64,000 nucleotides of DNA, taken from contig NW_008246104.1 in assembly GCF_000281045.1 (NCBI RefSeq), forward strand, positions 284,557-348,556. The letters are read 5' to 3'. The notes under the pieces were generated by a model. That model was not told the origin of the DNA. It saw nothing but the letters and a program-made list of their open reading frames with translations, and made no database searches. This DNA is from Saprolegnia diclina VS20 (taxonomy: Eukaryota). The translations under genes were made by a program, and so were the position numbers. This document shows positions 12,699 to 24,724 of this stretch, one piece after another (the stretch's first letter is position 1; every line of letters begins with the position of its first letter).

Positions 12699-13213
12699 NN
12701 NNNNNNNNNNNNNNNNNNNNNNNNNNNNNNNNNNNNNNNNNNNNNNNNNNNNNNNNNNNNNNNNNNNNNNNNNNNNNNNNNNNNNNNNNNNNNNNNNNNN
12801 NNNNNNNNNNNNNNNNNNNNNNNNNNNNNNNNNNNNNNNNNNNNNNNNNNNNNNNNNNNNNNNNNNNNNNNNNNNNNNNNNNNNNNNNNNNNNNNNNNNN
12901 NNNNNNNNNNNNNNNNNNNNNNNNNNNNNNNNNNNNNNNNNNNNNNNNNNNNNNNNNNNNNNNNNNNNNNNNNNNNNNNNNNNNNNNNNNNNNNNNNNNN
13001 NNNNNNNNNNNNNNNNNNNNNNNNNNNNNNNNNNNNNNNNNNNNNNNNNNNNNNNNNNNNNNNNNNNNNNNNNNNNNNNNNNNNNNNNNNNNNNNNNNNN
13101 NNNNNNNNNNNNNNNNNNNNNNNNNNNNNNNNNNNNNNNNNNNNNNNNNNNNNNNNNNNNNNNNNNNNNNNNNNNNNNNNNNNNNNNNNNNNNNNNNNNN
13201 NNNNNNNNNNNNN
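12699..13213. other. Assembly gap (515 N)
   Basis: Run of N. Confidence 1.
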
Positions 13214-13432
13214 GTCGAGATGTCGGTCAAGGCCAACTACAACATCGAGACGCCACTGCTCTGGCTCGCGCGCAAGCTCGTTGGGGACGACAATGTGAAG
13301 TTCATGGAGTCTCCTTCGCACTATGTTCCCCCCATGGCAATCTTTATGGATCCGGCGCAAATCGCTCGTCTGGAGGCCGACATGATGGCCGCCGCGAATG
13401 TACCGCTTCCTGACGAGGACGAGGATCTTTAA
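13214..13432 (+). CDS. Divergent Ran GTPase paralogue 2 (C-terminal part; N-terminus hidden in the gap)
   Basis: VEMSVKANYNIETPLLWLARKLVGDDNVKFMESP...LPDEDEDL*. Confidence 0.85.
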   Translation, partial: VEMSVKANYNIETPLLWLARKLVGDDNVKFMESPSHYVPPMAIFMDPAQIARLEADMMAAANVPLPDEDEDL

Positions 13433-13751
13433 TATGGAGGCATTTACATGTACAGAGTGTGCACTTCAGCAATAGTACAGGCAAGGCCATAAAAATATAC
13501 AGGTGTACCAGCTGGGATGAACTTGTTGGTGTCCAACTGACGAGGGTCGATATTGGAGACTGCGTACTTGTGCAATAGTGCTACATAATTTTATTAGGGC
13601 GTCAGCACAAGGGATCTCAGATGCCCTTTCGACCATCATTCTCTCATTCAGACATCTTGTCTCATGCAAACAAGACCATCAGTCAGATGCTGACGTTTTT
13701 CCACGGACGTTTCCAAATCGTTTTCCAAGTCCATTGCTCAAGACGCCCAAT

Positions 13752-14387
13752 ATGTGGCCAGTCGCGGAATTCAAGTTGCTCCTCGTTGGCGATAGCGGCG
13801 TCGGCAAGTCGGCCCTCCTACAGCGCCACTTGACGGGCAAGTTCAAGGAGGCGTACACCGCCACGCCCAATACCGAGGCCCACACGCTCCGATTCGAGAC
13901 CATCTTTGGACCGCTCCGGCTCAACTGCTCGGACATTGCCGGTCAGAGCTATCGCGACAGCTCGTACCTCGGCGCGCATGGCGCCATCATCATGTTTGAC
14001 GTCACGTCGCGCCTCTCGTACCAGAACGTGCCCAACTGGCGCCTCGACGTTGTCCGCGTCTGCGAAGACATCCCAATCGTCCTCTGTGGCAACAAGGTCG
14101 ACGATGTCCAGCACCGCGATGTCAAGCCCAAGCAAATCACTTTCCACCGACAGAAGAACCTTCAGTACTATGACATTTCCGTCAAGGCCAACTACCAACT
14201 CGAGAAACCTTTTTGTCATCTCGTGCGCAAAATCGTTGGCGATGACACCGTGACCTTTGTGAACGCGATTGCGATCGCACCCCCAGCGCTCGAGTTGGAC
14301 GTCACGATGCTGGCCCGGCTCGAGGTCGACTATGTGGCAGCCATGAGCGCGCCACTGCCCGAGGTCGACGACGAGGACATGATCTAA
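13752..14387 (+). CDS. Divergent Ran GTPase paralogue 3 (intronless)
   Basis: FKLLLVGDSGVGKS, RHLTG.F, FDVTSR.SY.NVPNW, IPIVLCGNKVD, ITFHRQKNLQYYDISVKANY..EKPF, acidic tail. Confidence 0.9.
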   Translation: MWPVAEFKLLLVGDSGVGKSALLQRHLTGKFKEAYTATPNTEAHTLRFETIFGPLRLNCSDIAGQSYRDSSYLGAHGAIIMFDVTSRLSYQNVPNWRLDVVRVCEDIPIVLCGNKVDDVQHRDVKPKQITFHRQKNLQYYDISVKANYQLEKPFCHLVRKIVGDDTVTFVNAIAIAPPALELDVTMLARLEVDYVAAMSAPLPEVDDEDMI

Positions 14388-14627
14388 TGCCTTGTGCATT
14401 TGTCGCGCTGTACTGCTCTCCGAGTACTAGCTTAGCAAACTCCATAATAGTGAAGTGTATCAGTCTATCAAGTATGGAGTTTGTGGACAAGGGTGGAAAG
14501 TCATTGCGCCGACTCGTCGTGCGTCGCATGTGACAATGACACTTGCATTCTCGTTTTCAAAGAAATGGAATGTACAAAACAGGTATATCGTTTGTATCGA
14601 TTTATATACACGTACATTATAGCGCGT

Positions 14628-16052
14628 CTACAATGGACGGGCGTAGTAGCTCGTGTTGGTAAAGACCACACGCTGGTACTCGGCAGGGCACTTGGGGAAG
14701 AGGACGAGAGGGTTGGCAGCTTCCGGCGCAAACAGCTCTTTTCCGGTCTGGATCGAAACGTACACGGCGAGGAAGCACGAGATGGCAATGCAGAGGACGG
14801 CAAAGATCTTCTCGCCGAGCGAGACGGTCGGCCAAAACGTCTTGAGGTAAAAGAGGATCGGAAGAATCATGTTGATGAGCGAGGATGTCGACGCGCCGAC
14901 AAAGTCCATGAGCGCGCCGAGGTGGTCCTTCCACGCGACGGCGACAATGACGCAGACGCAAACCATGATCGTGCGCAAAATGGCCGCTTTCAGGTACGCG
15001 CCGGGCGCAGCATACGCATCATGCACCTCGCGGTGGACCTTGTCGTTGCCAAACCCGGTGCCCTGGAGCCCGTCCATGACGGGGGTTTCCATGATGAGGT
15101 TGTGCGCCGTCGACGTCCGCGGCGCGTCCCCGTGCAGCCCCAAGCAGAGGCGCTCGAGGATCTGAAAGACGGGAAAGAAAATGACCGAGAACGCGATCGT
15201 GACGTGGAGCTGCATAAAGATGAAGCTGAGAATCACGAGGCCGCGGTCCGCGGTGAAGCCGAGGTTGGAGCTCGCAATCGCAAAGAGGAGGTTCCCAGGT
15301 GTTTGGCAGCCCGTTGAGAAGACACCGAGCACCGAGACTAGAAAGAAGAAGATGGAGATCAGCGTCTGGGCCACCAAGATGAGCCGGGGCATGCGCTCGG
15401 GCTGGGTGTGTTCGTGCTGCAGCGTCGGAATGATAATGCACGCGCCATACGCGAGCGCGAGGTTCCCAAAGACAGTCGTGACACTCTTAAAGTCGACGGC
15501 CGGCGACGGCGGCGAGATGCCGCTTGGGTTGACATCGTGCATGTTGACAATGAGAAGGTACAGCGCGATCGAATCGGCAAAGACAGTGCCCAAGCAGCCC
15601 GCCGCCGCCATGCCCGCGCCCTCCTTCATCGTCGGCACGAGGCAGACCGGAAGAAGTGTGACCGCCATCAAGATGATCCACGTCGTATGCGAAAACGAGT
15701 TTGGGAAGAGGATCACGAGCAGCGAGCCGCCGAGTACGAGAAACACGATCGGCAGCAATGTGCAGAGAAGGCACTGCGAAACGATGGTGACATACCGCCC
15801 GGGCACGCCGAGGCACCACTCGCCGACGTCGCCAAAGGTAAACACCGTGCGCGGCGCGACGAGGAGCACCTTGGAGATACACCACGTCGCATATGTGTTG
15901 GCGACCGCCATAAAGACAAACGCGATCGTCGCCCACGCGTAGCCAGCGCTCGCATAGTTGCCAGCGAGGCCGAGCGACCCGACGCCGCAGACGCAGCAAA
16001 AGATGGAGAAGCACATCTTGATGTCCTCGACCGTCAAGAAGGGCGACGTCAT
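14628..16052 (-). CDS. Amino acid/auxin permease (AAAP, Aa_trans) family transporter
   Basis: Intronless ORF with about 11 hydrophobic segments; N-terminus PFLT.ED.K..FS.FCCV.G.GSLG...NYA.AG is typical of oomycete AAAPs; start chosen at MTSPFL. Confidence 0.85.
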   Translation of the reverse strand: MTSPFLTVEDIKMCFSIFCCVCGVGSLGLAGNYASAGYAWATIAFVFMAVANTYATWCISKVLLVAPRTVFTFGDVGEWCLGVPGRYVTIVSQCLLCTLLPIVFLVLGGSLLVILFPNSFSHTTWIILMAVTLLPVCLVPTMKEGAGMAAAGCLGTVFADSIALYLLIVNMHDVNPSGISPPSPAVDFKSVTTVFGNLALAYGACIIIPTLQHEHTQPERMPRLILVAQTLISIFFFLVSVLGVFSTGCQTPGNLLFAIASSNLGFTADRGLVILSFIFMQLHVTIAFSVIFFPVFQILERLCLGLHGDAPRTSTAHNLIMETPVMDGLQGTGFGNDKVHREVHDAYAAPGAYLKAAILRTIMVCVCVIVAVAWKDHLGALMDFVGASTSSLINMILPILFYLKTFWPTVSLGEKIFAVLCIAISCFLAVYVSIQTGKELFAPEAANPLVLFPKCPAEYQRVVFTNTSYYARPL

Positions 16053-16673
16053 GGGTCCAGTGGACGGCGAATGCTCGAGTGCATACAGAAGGAGCGCAAC
16101 CCAAAGGGCACAGCGGGTCGTGTATTCGAATCGAACAAGTGGGTCGAGGTATACTAGGGCCGAGAGAGCCCGATCCGAGCGCGACCGCAGGAAAAAGAAG
16201 GCGCGAAGCAACTTCAACCTTCGAAGATTTGGACGCCCCACGGTTTGTCGTCAAGCTGATAAGGACAAATTCCCTTCCCGACCGGTAGTGGCGAGCGCCA
16301 AGGGACACGCACTTTGAGAGCCCAGCGCCCGCACACGGCAGTGTGCGGTATCTGGCAGCGCCGGCTGAGAGAAACGTCAGTCCGCGCGGAATATTGTCTT
16401 TCGTTGCACGATAACGTATTGGCATTTTCTAATGCGTAAAACAGGTCGCATTCCGCTGGGTCACGACGACCAAGGTCGCGGGCATGCCTGACGTGGCGTG
16501 AAAGCGCCAAGATCGTTGTGGCGGGAGGTCTTTATCCGGATCCGCATACGCAAAACGACCTCGACATGCGATTTTGGCCAATGAGATGTCGTATGTGCAC
16601 TTTGGATCGCTTGGATTGGCTAAAATGCTATTGTTTTCAATTGCGGCCATATAAAATCCCTGCCAGCCAACCC

Positions 16674-19226
16674 ATGAGTACGACGACGCGGAGCGAGGCT
16701 CCGGGCGCGGCCGAGCATGCGTCCAAGAAGCCCAAGCTCGACTTCGAGAGCTTGTACCAGAACTCGCTGCAGCTCACGCGGGGCATGGAGCAGCTCCCCT
16801 CCCTCCAGCGCAGCCTCGACCAGCTCCACGCGGTCACGAGCGCCAAGTCGCTGGCGGGCCCACCGACCGACGCCGCCTTCTCGAGCAACAAGGCGCAGTT
16901 CCTCTTGGCCGGCCGGGGCTTTGATGCTGAGAAGCTTAGCCGCGAGCTCCGTCAGAGTGAGCTCAAGGCGGCGTACGAGCCGCGGGACACGCTCGTCGGT
17001 GTGAGCGACCTTGACGGATTCCTGCGCCACCACCACGACATGATCGTTGTGACCGCGATCGAAGAGACCATGGCGGCGACGACCCGGGCCGCGCAGCAGA
17101 ACGCGCTCAACACGCTCCACGATGAGTTCCAGACGTCCAAGACGAAGCTCATGGCGTATCTGCAAGGCCGCCAGGCGCCGCTCGCGTACCCGCGCCCGTC
17201 CCCGTCGACGTCCGTGCCTCCGTCTGTCGTCGGGCTCACGGCCACGCCGATGCCGGCGCCTCTTCAGAACATCCCGAGCACGATGACGGAAGCGATGAAG
17301 GTCTACGCGACGGTCACGCAGAAGCTCGTGCCCCGCGCGGCCGCGACGTCGGGGGACGTCTTCCAGGCGTTCGAGACGAGCGCACAGAGCCTTGTCGCGA
17401 CGGCGTCGGCGTCGACGCTCGAGCAAGAGACGCTCTGCAGCTGGGAGCTCCTTCATCACATGGTCAACTTTGAACGGGGCGCGCCGGCCAAGCTCTCACT
17501 CCAGTCTGCGTTTGCGTCGCAGGACGCGTCCTTGCTCCAGTCGCTCGCGGGCGGCGCACAGACCCACTTTGAGCTCCGATACCGCCTCTTTATCGAGAGC
17601 CGGATCCGCCAGGAGCAGGCGCCGCGTGGTGGTGTCCCCGGCGTCAAGGCACTCGTGCAGACGTACACGCGCCACGTTCTGCGCACAACAAGCCTCTGGA
17701 GCGACGTCTACTACTGCCTTCGGACAGGCATTGCCAGCGATGCGCTCTCGCTTGTCGACGACGCGCTCAGCAAGGCGCCGGCCTCGACCAAGCTCCTCCA
17801 GCACGTCAAGGTCTGTCCGTCCTGTCCAATATCCTTCTCTCACGACGCTCTTTGTCTAGAACGCGCTGCAGAGCATTGTCCAGAAGCAGCCCGTCTCGGC
17901 ACCCACCAAGGCCGCGATGCGGGACGAGTGCGACCACCTGGCGACGCTTCTCCTGGCCGTGGACCCGGCTGTCGACAAATTTCAAGTCGCGGTGTTGAAC
18001 CTCCTGAGCTTCCACGACGCCTTTGCGCGCCAGGCCGGCGTCATGGAGAACATTGAAGACTTTCTCTGGCAACTGCAGTGGTTTGCTCACGCGTCAGAAG
18101 CCTCGCCAAGCGCGATCGCGTCCAAGGTCGTGACGCTCATCTCGCCGTCCGACTTTAACCACACGACGATCTCGGGCGTCTTTGAGTACGTCCGCCTCCT
18201 GCTTGTCTGCGGCCAGTTTGACACGGCGGTCGAGTCGCTCGCGGCGAAAGGGTATCTTGTCGAGGCCGTGCACTTTGCCTTGGCGCTCCACCACGTCGGC
18301 CTCTTCCCCAACCACAGCCTCTTTACGCGCCTCTTGCGGCAGTACGTGCACTCGTTCCAGCGCTCCAACCCGCAGGAAGCGGCCATGTACATTGCCTGCC
18401 ACCAGTCGCTCGATGACCGCCGTCTTCTGAGTGCGACGCTGCTCCTCGATACGCTTGCGTTCGAGGTCCTTGGCGGCACGACGCACCCCTCGGATGCATC
18501 CCGGACGCCCGGTGCGCTCGACCAGTACCTCGACCGCAACGAGGTCCGCGACATTGTGCTCTACACGTCGCACATGGCGACTGACCAAGGTCGACCCTCG
18601 GATGCGCTCAAGCTCCTCACGCTGGCCGGCGATGTCCAGAGCACCATGGTATTGTTGAACGCCCAGCTGGCGGCGACGCTTTCGACGCCGGACCGCCAAG
18701 TGTGGCTCAACCACGCGCGGACGTTTGCCGACACGTGGCTCCGGTCGGCGTGGGCACTCGAGATCGTGCTCAACCAAGCGCGCGTCGCGGCGCATGCGTT
18801 CCAGACGCTCATGAACTTTGGGCTTTTCCTCGAGATCCTCGACAGCAAAAAGTACAGCGACGGCCTCGCGTTTGTCGAAGCGCTTGCGATCGTGCCGGCG
18901 CCAGTATGTCGACCTCTCGTCTTTGGAAGCGGACCTGACCCGATGGTGTGTAGGGCAGCGAACAGGCGAGCGCGGACCGGTTCGCGGACCTCGACGCCCA
19001 AGTGCAGCGCAACTTGCACCTTGTGCTGCTTGGGTACATGGAGTGCCTCGTCGAAGAGATGAAGCGCTGGAAACAGTCGATCTCGGACCTCGAGACACAA
19101 AAGCAAATGTGCCAGCAGCTCCGTGCCAAGGCCAAGGCCGTCGTCTCGTTCACGGGCATGATCAACGTCCGCCTGCCGCTTGGCACCAACGAACGCCTCA
19201 ACCAGCTCGAGATCCGCATGATGTAG
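16674..19226 (+). CDS. NUP93: Nuclear pore protein Nup93/Nic96 (3 exons)
   Basis: LPSLQRSLDQL, KAQFLLAGRGFD, DL.GFL.HHH...I..AIEE, W..VYYCLRTG, NIEDFLW, Y.RLLLVCGQF..AV..L....Y.VEAVHFALAL; introns near 17811-17859 and 18904-18953. Confidence 0.88.
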
Positions 19227-19412
19227 TTCCGTCCTCCTCATTTGCATACGCCCATAATACTACACCCTACGCTATGCCCACGGTCGACATCGCATCGCCG
19301 CCATTGTGCATTTTGGGTCGGGCTTGTGGCGGCAAGATGGAAATGTGGCGTGTGTTTAGCCTGCCCTGTATCCGGAGAGGATGTCCGGATACGCTGGCAG
19401 ATCGCAATAAGC

Positions 19413-20173
19413 ATGGACTCGCCGATCGCCGATGGCACGAAGCGCACGGTGCAGAAGCTGCCGCTGCTGACGACACGCGCAGGCCCGCGCGACGGCGACG
19501 CGTGGATCGCGCGCCTAAAAGAGGAGTACACGGCGCTCATCCAGGCAGGCCATGCTACTACGTTGGTCGGATGCGACGGGTGCGATTTAGTATGTGCAAA
19601 TGAACAAGGCGGCGGACAACGACTGGTTTACGATCGCGTCCAATGCCAATGGCACACAGTACGTGGCTTCACGCTAACGGGACCTCATGGCTCGTGTAGC
19701 TGGACGGGCACGTGCTGGTCGTTCCACAATGGCCTGCGGTGCGTCGCCACGCTCGATGCTATCTATCTCTATATGGCGTAGATACGAGTTTGAGATGGAG
19801 TTTGAGATTCCAGCCACCTACCCCGTGACCAACCCCGAGATCTGGTGCGATCGAGCTACCGTGTGTCTCGGTCTTCATGTGCGTCGTAGCTTGCCCGAGC
19901 TGGACGGCAAGACAGCCAAGATGTACCGGTGCGCTCGTCGGTCCGCCGAGAACCTGGTTCCGAGGCAGCGATAGGGGCGGCAAGATCTGCCTCACAGTTC
20001 ACTTTGAGCCGCTCTGGCAGCGAAACGTACCCCGCTTTGGCATCGCCCACGCACTCGCCCTTGGCGTACGTCCGTTCTCGTTGCCAGCGCCAATACGCTT
20101 TGTGTAGCTCGCTCCGTGGCTGGCTGCTGAAGTGCCCGACCTCATTGAACGGGGCATGATCTCGCCCGTCTAG
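19413..20173 (+). CDS. UFC1: Ubiquitin-fold modifier-conjugating enzyme 1 (7 exons)
   Basis: Spliced product: ...LPLL.TRAGPRD...W..RLKEEY.ALIQ/YV.MNK.ADNDWF...WTG.CW...[63 protein letters not shown]. Six introns of 41-46 nt. Confidence 0.95.
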
Positions 20174-20267
20174 CGCAAGCGCCATATTGCCACCCTGCTT
20201 ACTGACGTGGCGTTCATGCCACTAGCTATTTCTACTCGAGGTCAACATTTGCAATCAGCTCTGTTAG

Positions 20268-21875
20268 TTAAGAGAAATCGCGGTCGGGAAGCACGAGCGG
20301 CGCGAGGAGCGTCCATGTGAAGAGGAGGGTCGTCGCCCACTGCGATGCGATTTGCACCCACATACTCACGCGCTGCGTGTCGCTCTCCCTACACCTCGAT
20401 CGATACATGTATCAACTTGATACAAAGGTGATACCCGGTGCCGACGCCCCAGTTGGTGAGCGCCATGGCCATGTAGAGGCCGCTAAAGAGCATGATGCAG
20501 TGGAACTGCCAGCTCGGCGCCATGATCTGCGGTTCAATGTCGACGACACGGCGGCCCGCTTCGGCGCAGACGGGATCCAACGCTGTCTACGTGTCGCTCG
20601 TACCACACTAAGATAGGCTAAGATAGCACCTCTGTTGGGGCTTCGGGGAGCTCCAAGCGAAAGATGGACGACGCAGCGCACGACGTTCGCCACCTGCGTC
20701 GCATCGTAGACACATTCGTGTGTCGGCATGCCGTACCCCGTGTAGGAGACGGTCAGTGCGGCAATGATGGTGCTTGGAATCGAAATGGTACTCGCTCGGC
20801 TCCCGCCTTGGAGAAAGGCCGGTTCAACATCAGGAAGCAAGAGCAGCGTCTGCCAGAGAAGGTACACGAGGTAGAGCGCGATGGCGGCGGGCGGCAAGAG
20901 ACCCGCGCCAACCCGGTCGGCCACTATTCGTTGAAAACGCTTTGCAAATGTGACAGCTCGACACAGCCTACCGCTGAGAAGCACAACGACCAGAATCGAG
21001 ACACAGGTCCCAATGAGAAAGCCGAGCCCGAGGGGCGAGGCGGCGTAGTAGTAAAACTACCCTCACCAAATTCTTCACGCTTCCCAGATTTCAGATTGTG
21101 CGACGTACCAGAACGACGAGACCGAGCACAGCCAAGCCCAGACCCGTGACCGAGAGGCCGAGGTAGACACAAGGCCTATGCACCTGTACTACAGATAACG
21201 AAACGTGTCAGCGCTCTACCAGAGCCACGAGCGGGGCGCTTTGGGATCTTGCATGCGGTTGAGGAGGCTGTCGCGTACGTGGTCTACGCACACGCAAGTT
21301 GCGTCAGGACGACGGTCGGATCGCATCAAAGTGGCGTCGTACAGACGCAGTCGAGGAGGATGACGATTTGCATGAGGATGAAGAGGCCCGAGAGCACGGC
21401 CGCAATGTAGGCGTAGGCGTCAAAGACCTCTAGGAACACAACGTGTCTTCTGCGTAAAGGAGTAGGATGGTACCATTCGGGAGGAAGAAGGCGCCGGTGA
21501 GTGCACCGAGGTACACGGGCAGTTGGCAGCCGAGCACGAGGCGGCTCCGAAATGCGCGGTGTTCGTAGAGCCCACTCAGCAGCATGAGCACGAGGAAGAA
21601 GACCGCGATCGTCGCACTCGCCCTAGCACCAGATAGTGTCGCCTATGGACTCTTGCCGCAAAGTACCGGTAGATGGTTTGTTGGCCGAGGCAGTGGGCGT
21701 TGGCGCGGACGTCGCAGTGCCCGATCGCTGGCGATTTTTGCAGCAGATCTAGCGTCAATATCGTCAGTAGTACATATTGTCATTCGATAGATGGACAACC
21801 TTGTCCGTAGGTCGCCAGCAGCGCGGCCACGACCGCGTTGGCGAAGAAGAGCGCGAGGTACGGCCAGCGTTTCAT
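20268..21875 (-). CDS. Serine incorporator (SERINC/TMS1) family membrane protein, multi-exon; start approximate
   Basis: GLLPPAAIALY..YL.WQ, WQFHCIMLFSGLYMAMALTNW, C-terminus LLAPLVLPDRDFS* (SERINC hallmark). Confidence 0.8.
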
Positions 21876-22191
21876 CCCTTTTTAGCTGTGCGAGCGTCGT
21901 TTCGCGACCGTTCTTTAATGTTTAAAAGAAAGAATAAAAGAACGAAAGCCCCTCGCCCACGCTCCATCACAATCTGTGTCTTCTTTTCGGAAAATGTCCT
22001 GTCGGTTGTCGAGCGTCAACCACAGAGAGTCCACGACAAGGTGAATGCTTAAAAGAATGGATAGGCAGAATTTAAGAACGACAGAACCGACTAGAAGAAA
22101 GCGCGGTGGCGGTTTGACATGCATCGGCAACGGCCATGTCCGTTTCAAGATCGCAAAACACTGTCGGCAGAGCCGCAGTTGACAAGTCTCG

Positions 22192-22524
22192 ATGAGCTGC
22201 GACGACGGCCTACGATGCGACCTTGTGCTCCACAAGACGCTCCGCCGGCGCGAGCTCGAGCGCGAGTGGTACCAACAGCACCGGTGCGAGCGCCTCCAAA
22301 AGCAGCGCAGCTACGACGCGATAAACCGAGAGAAGCGGCTGCAACAGATGAAAGCGTATCGACACAAGCACCGCGACCGGCAGCGCGAGTACAAGCAAGA
22401 ATGGTACCGCCGCAACCGCGACGCTATCAAGCAAAAGCGACTCGAGCGCAAGGCGGCGACTGAGGCCCACGACAGCGATACGTCGCCGCTCGCCCTGCTC
22501 TGCCACGCTGCCTTGATGGCATGA
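22192..22524 (+). CDS. Small basic helical-repeat protein (EWY..N/H-R repeats); may have an upstream exon from 22057
   Basis: 110-aa ORF with periodic REWYQQHR / SYDAINREK / AYRHKHRDR / QEWYRRNRDA; homologous segments in 26276-27124. Confidence 0.6.
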   Translation: MSCDDGLRCDLVLHKTLRRRELEREWYQQHRCERLQKQRSYDAINREKRLQQMKAYRHKHRDRQREYKQEWYRRNRDAIKQKRLERKAATEAHDSDTSPLALLCHAALMA

Positions 22525-22834
22525 GTCCGCTTGGCGTGTTGGGATATTTAGGCTACGAATGCATCGACAGGATAAGATTGAGAACGGTCTTATCCTATAC
22601 ATATTTGCTATTACCATTGGCATCCGCTGCAACGTCTGCCCCAGGGTATCACCGACTCGATGGACTCGAGTTGACAGCGGAAGATCGCATCTGGGAGGAC
22701 CAAGTACGTTAAACCTGTTCAACCTGCGTCATTCCGTTCAACCCCACCGTTTAACCCACGTTTTGTCCAAAAACCTTTTAACCTCGCACCAAACAGTGTA
22801 AAACCCATTGATTTGTCCGAGCTGTCCGAGCACC

Positions 22835-24650
22835 ATGTCGATCGTGACGCTGCAGCTCGGGCAATGCGGCAATCAGCTCGTACGTCGTCGCTCGCTGCGC
22901 ACATGGCGTACGCATCTGCCGTAGGGCTATGCGCTCTTTGACAAGCTAGCGACCGAGCTCGAGGACCCGCTGGAGATGGACATCTTCTTCCGCGGGCCGT
23001 CGCACACGGCGCGGGCCGTGCTCATCGACATGGAGCCCAAGGTCCACGACGACACACATGCGTGAACGCATACCTCACAGAAGCATAGGTGGTCATGCAA
23101 TGCCAGGACCGCGCGGCGGCGTCGGGGCGCTGGCAGTACGACCGCACCAACAGCGTGTGCCAGCAGAGCGGCTCGGGTACGCTGCACGTCGATCGCACAC
23201 TGTTCTCGCGAGCGCGCTCTTGTAGGCAACAACTGGGCGCACGGCTACACGGTGCACGGCGCAGCTAGCGCCGAGGCCATCCTCGATGTCCTCCAGCGCG
23301 TACGTCGTCTCATCTTGGCTCGAGGTCGGTGCAACGTGACGCAGGAGGTCGAGCACTGCGACTACTTCAAGGGCTTTCACGCGATCCAGAGCCTGGCGGG
23401 CGGCACGGGCTCGGGCCTTGGCTCGTTCGTCGCGGATCTTTTACACGACCAGTTTCCGACGGCCCATCGCCTTCACACAGTCATTTGGCCCTACGAAGCC
23501 GGCGAGATCATCGTGCAGAACTACAACACACTGCTCACGATGGCCTGCCTCTCCGAGGTCGTACTACGCTGAGCTCCCTCTCGCTGACGTTGCTAACGTT
23601 AGTCGTCGGACGGTATTCTCTTGCTGCAGAACGACATGGCGGACCGCGCGTGCCAGAAGCTGCTCACGATCCCCAAGCCATCCCTCGACCAGATGAACCA
23701 CGTGCTCGCCAACCACATTGCGTCCGTCTTGCTTCCTGCCGCAGCAGTCGACGTATACCTTGCTCGAAAAAAATATATCAAGGTATCGACTAGGCGCGAT
23801 CGGCGTGTCTGCTGCCGACGATCTTGCGCGAACTCTGCGCCCACCCCGTGCGTTGCAACTTTGTCCATGTAAGCAGAGTGAACGGCATTACGGTTCTAGG
23901 GCTACAAGCTCCTGGACATCAAGCTCGTGCCACAGGTTCGACCGTCTCAAATGACATACAAAACGACCGACACTAGCTCTCGACACGGTCCCGCGAGTTT
24001 AGCACGCATCAGTGGTCGGGCATCCTCAAGCACCTGCACCAGGTACACACCGACGTGTGCGACGATGATACCACCCTCACTCGCTAGATGCAAATCGCCA
24101 ATTGCAGCCTCGACGAAGGCGTCAACTGGGACATCTCGCTTGGTACAGGACACTTGTACTACTTCCTCCTACCGACGCTATGCGCAGAGACGTCGCCTCG
24201 GAGAGAAGTGAACCAAAGTGTCGGGAACCTCGTCTTCTTGCGCGGACCCGAGAGCGCGACCGTGGCCGCGACGGTGCTCGAGAGCTTTGGAGATCCACGC
24301 ATGTACGCTGCCGCCCTTAGCGATAGCTGAACTCGTAGATAGGTATGCGCCGTGGGTGCACCCCAGCAGCCACCTCTTCTCGTCTCGGCAACCCTTTAGT
24401 CGCTACGACAAGGCGGCCGCGCTCGTCTCGTACGCGTCTCCTTCATGAGGACGCGCTTCAGCCAACGAGATGTGCTAGGAACTCCCAAGCGATGCTGCGC
24501 CCACTCGCAACGATGGTCGAGAAGGCCCACTGCATGTTTGCGTCCAAGGCGTATCTCCACCAGTACGCTGCGCACAACGTCGATGCTGAGTTTTTCGACT
24601 CGTGCTTTTTGCGGCTCGACCAGCTCGTGGCCAACTATGCGAGTTTGTAG
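22835..24650 (+). CDS. TUBD1: Delta-tubulin (about 13 exons)
   Basis: MSIVTLQLGQCGNQL, ARAVLIDMEPKVV, SGSGNNWAHGY, QSLAGGTGSGLGS, WPY..GEIIVQNYNTLLT, C-terminal MFASKAYLHQY; about 12 short GT-AG introns. Confidence 0.92.
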
Positions 24651-24724
24651 ACGACGACGCACGCCACAAATACTCTGCCTACTAGATTATATCCCACCAC
24701 TGTACATTGTAGAGCGTCGTCAGC

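Noticed and set aside
12620..13413. Long ORFs spanning N runs (also 31523-32675)
   Set aside because: Artefacts of translating through assembly gaps.
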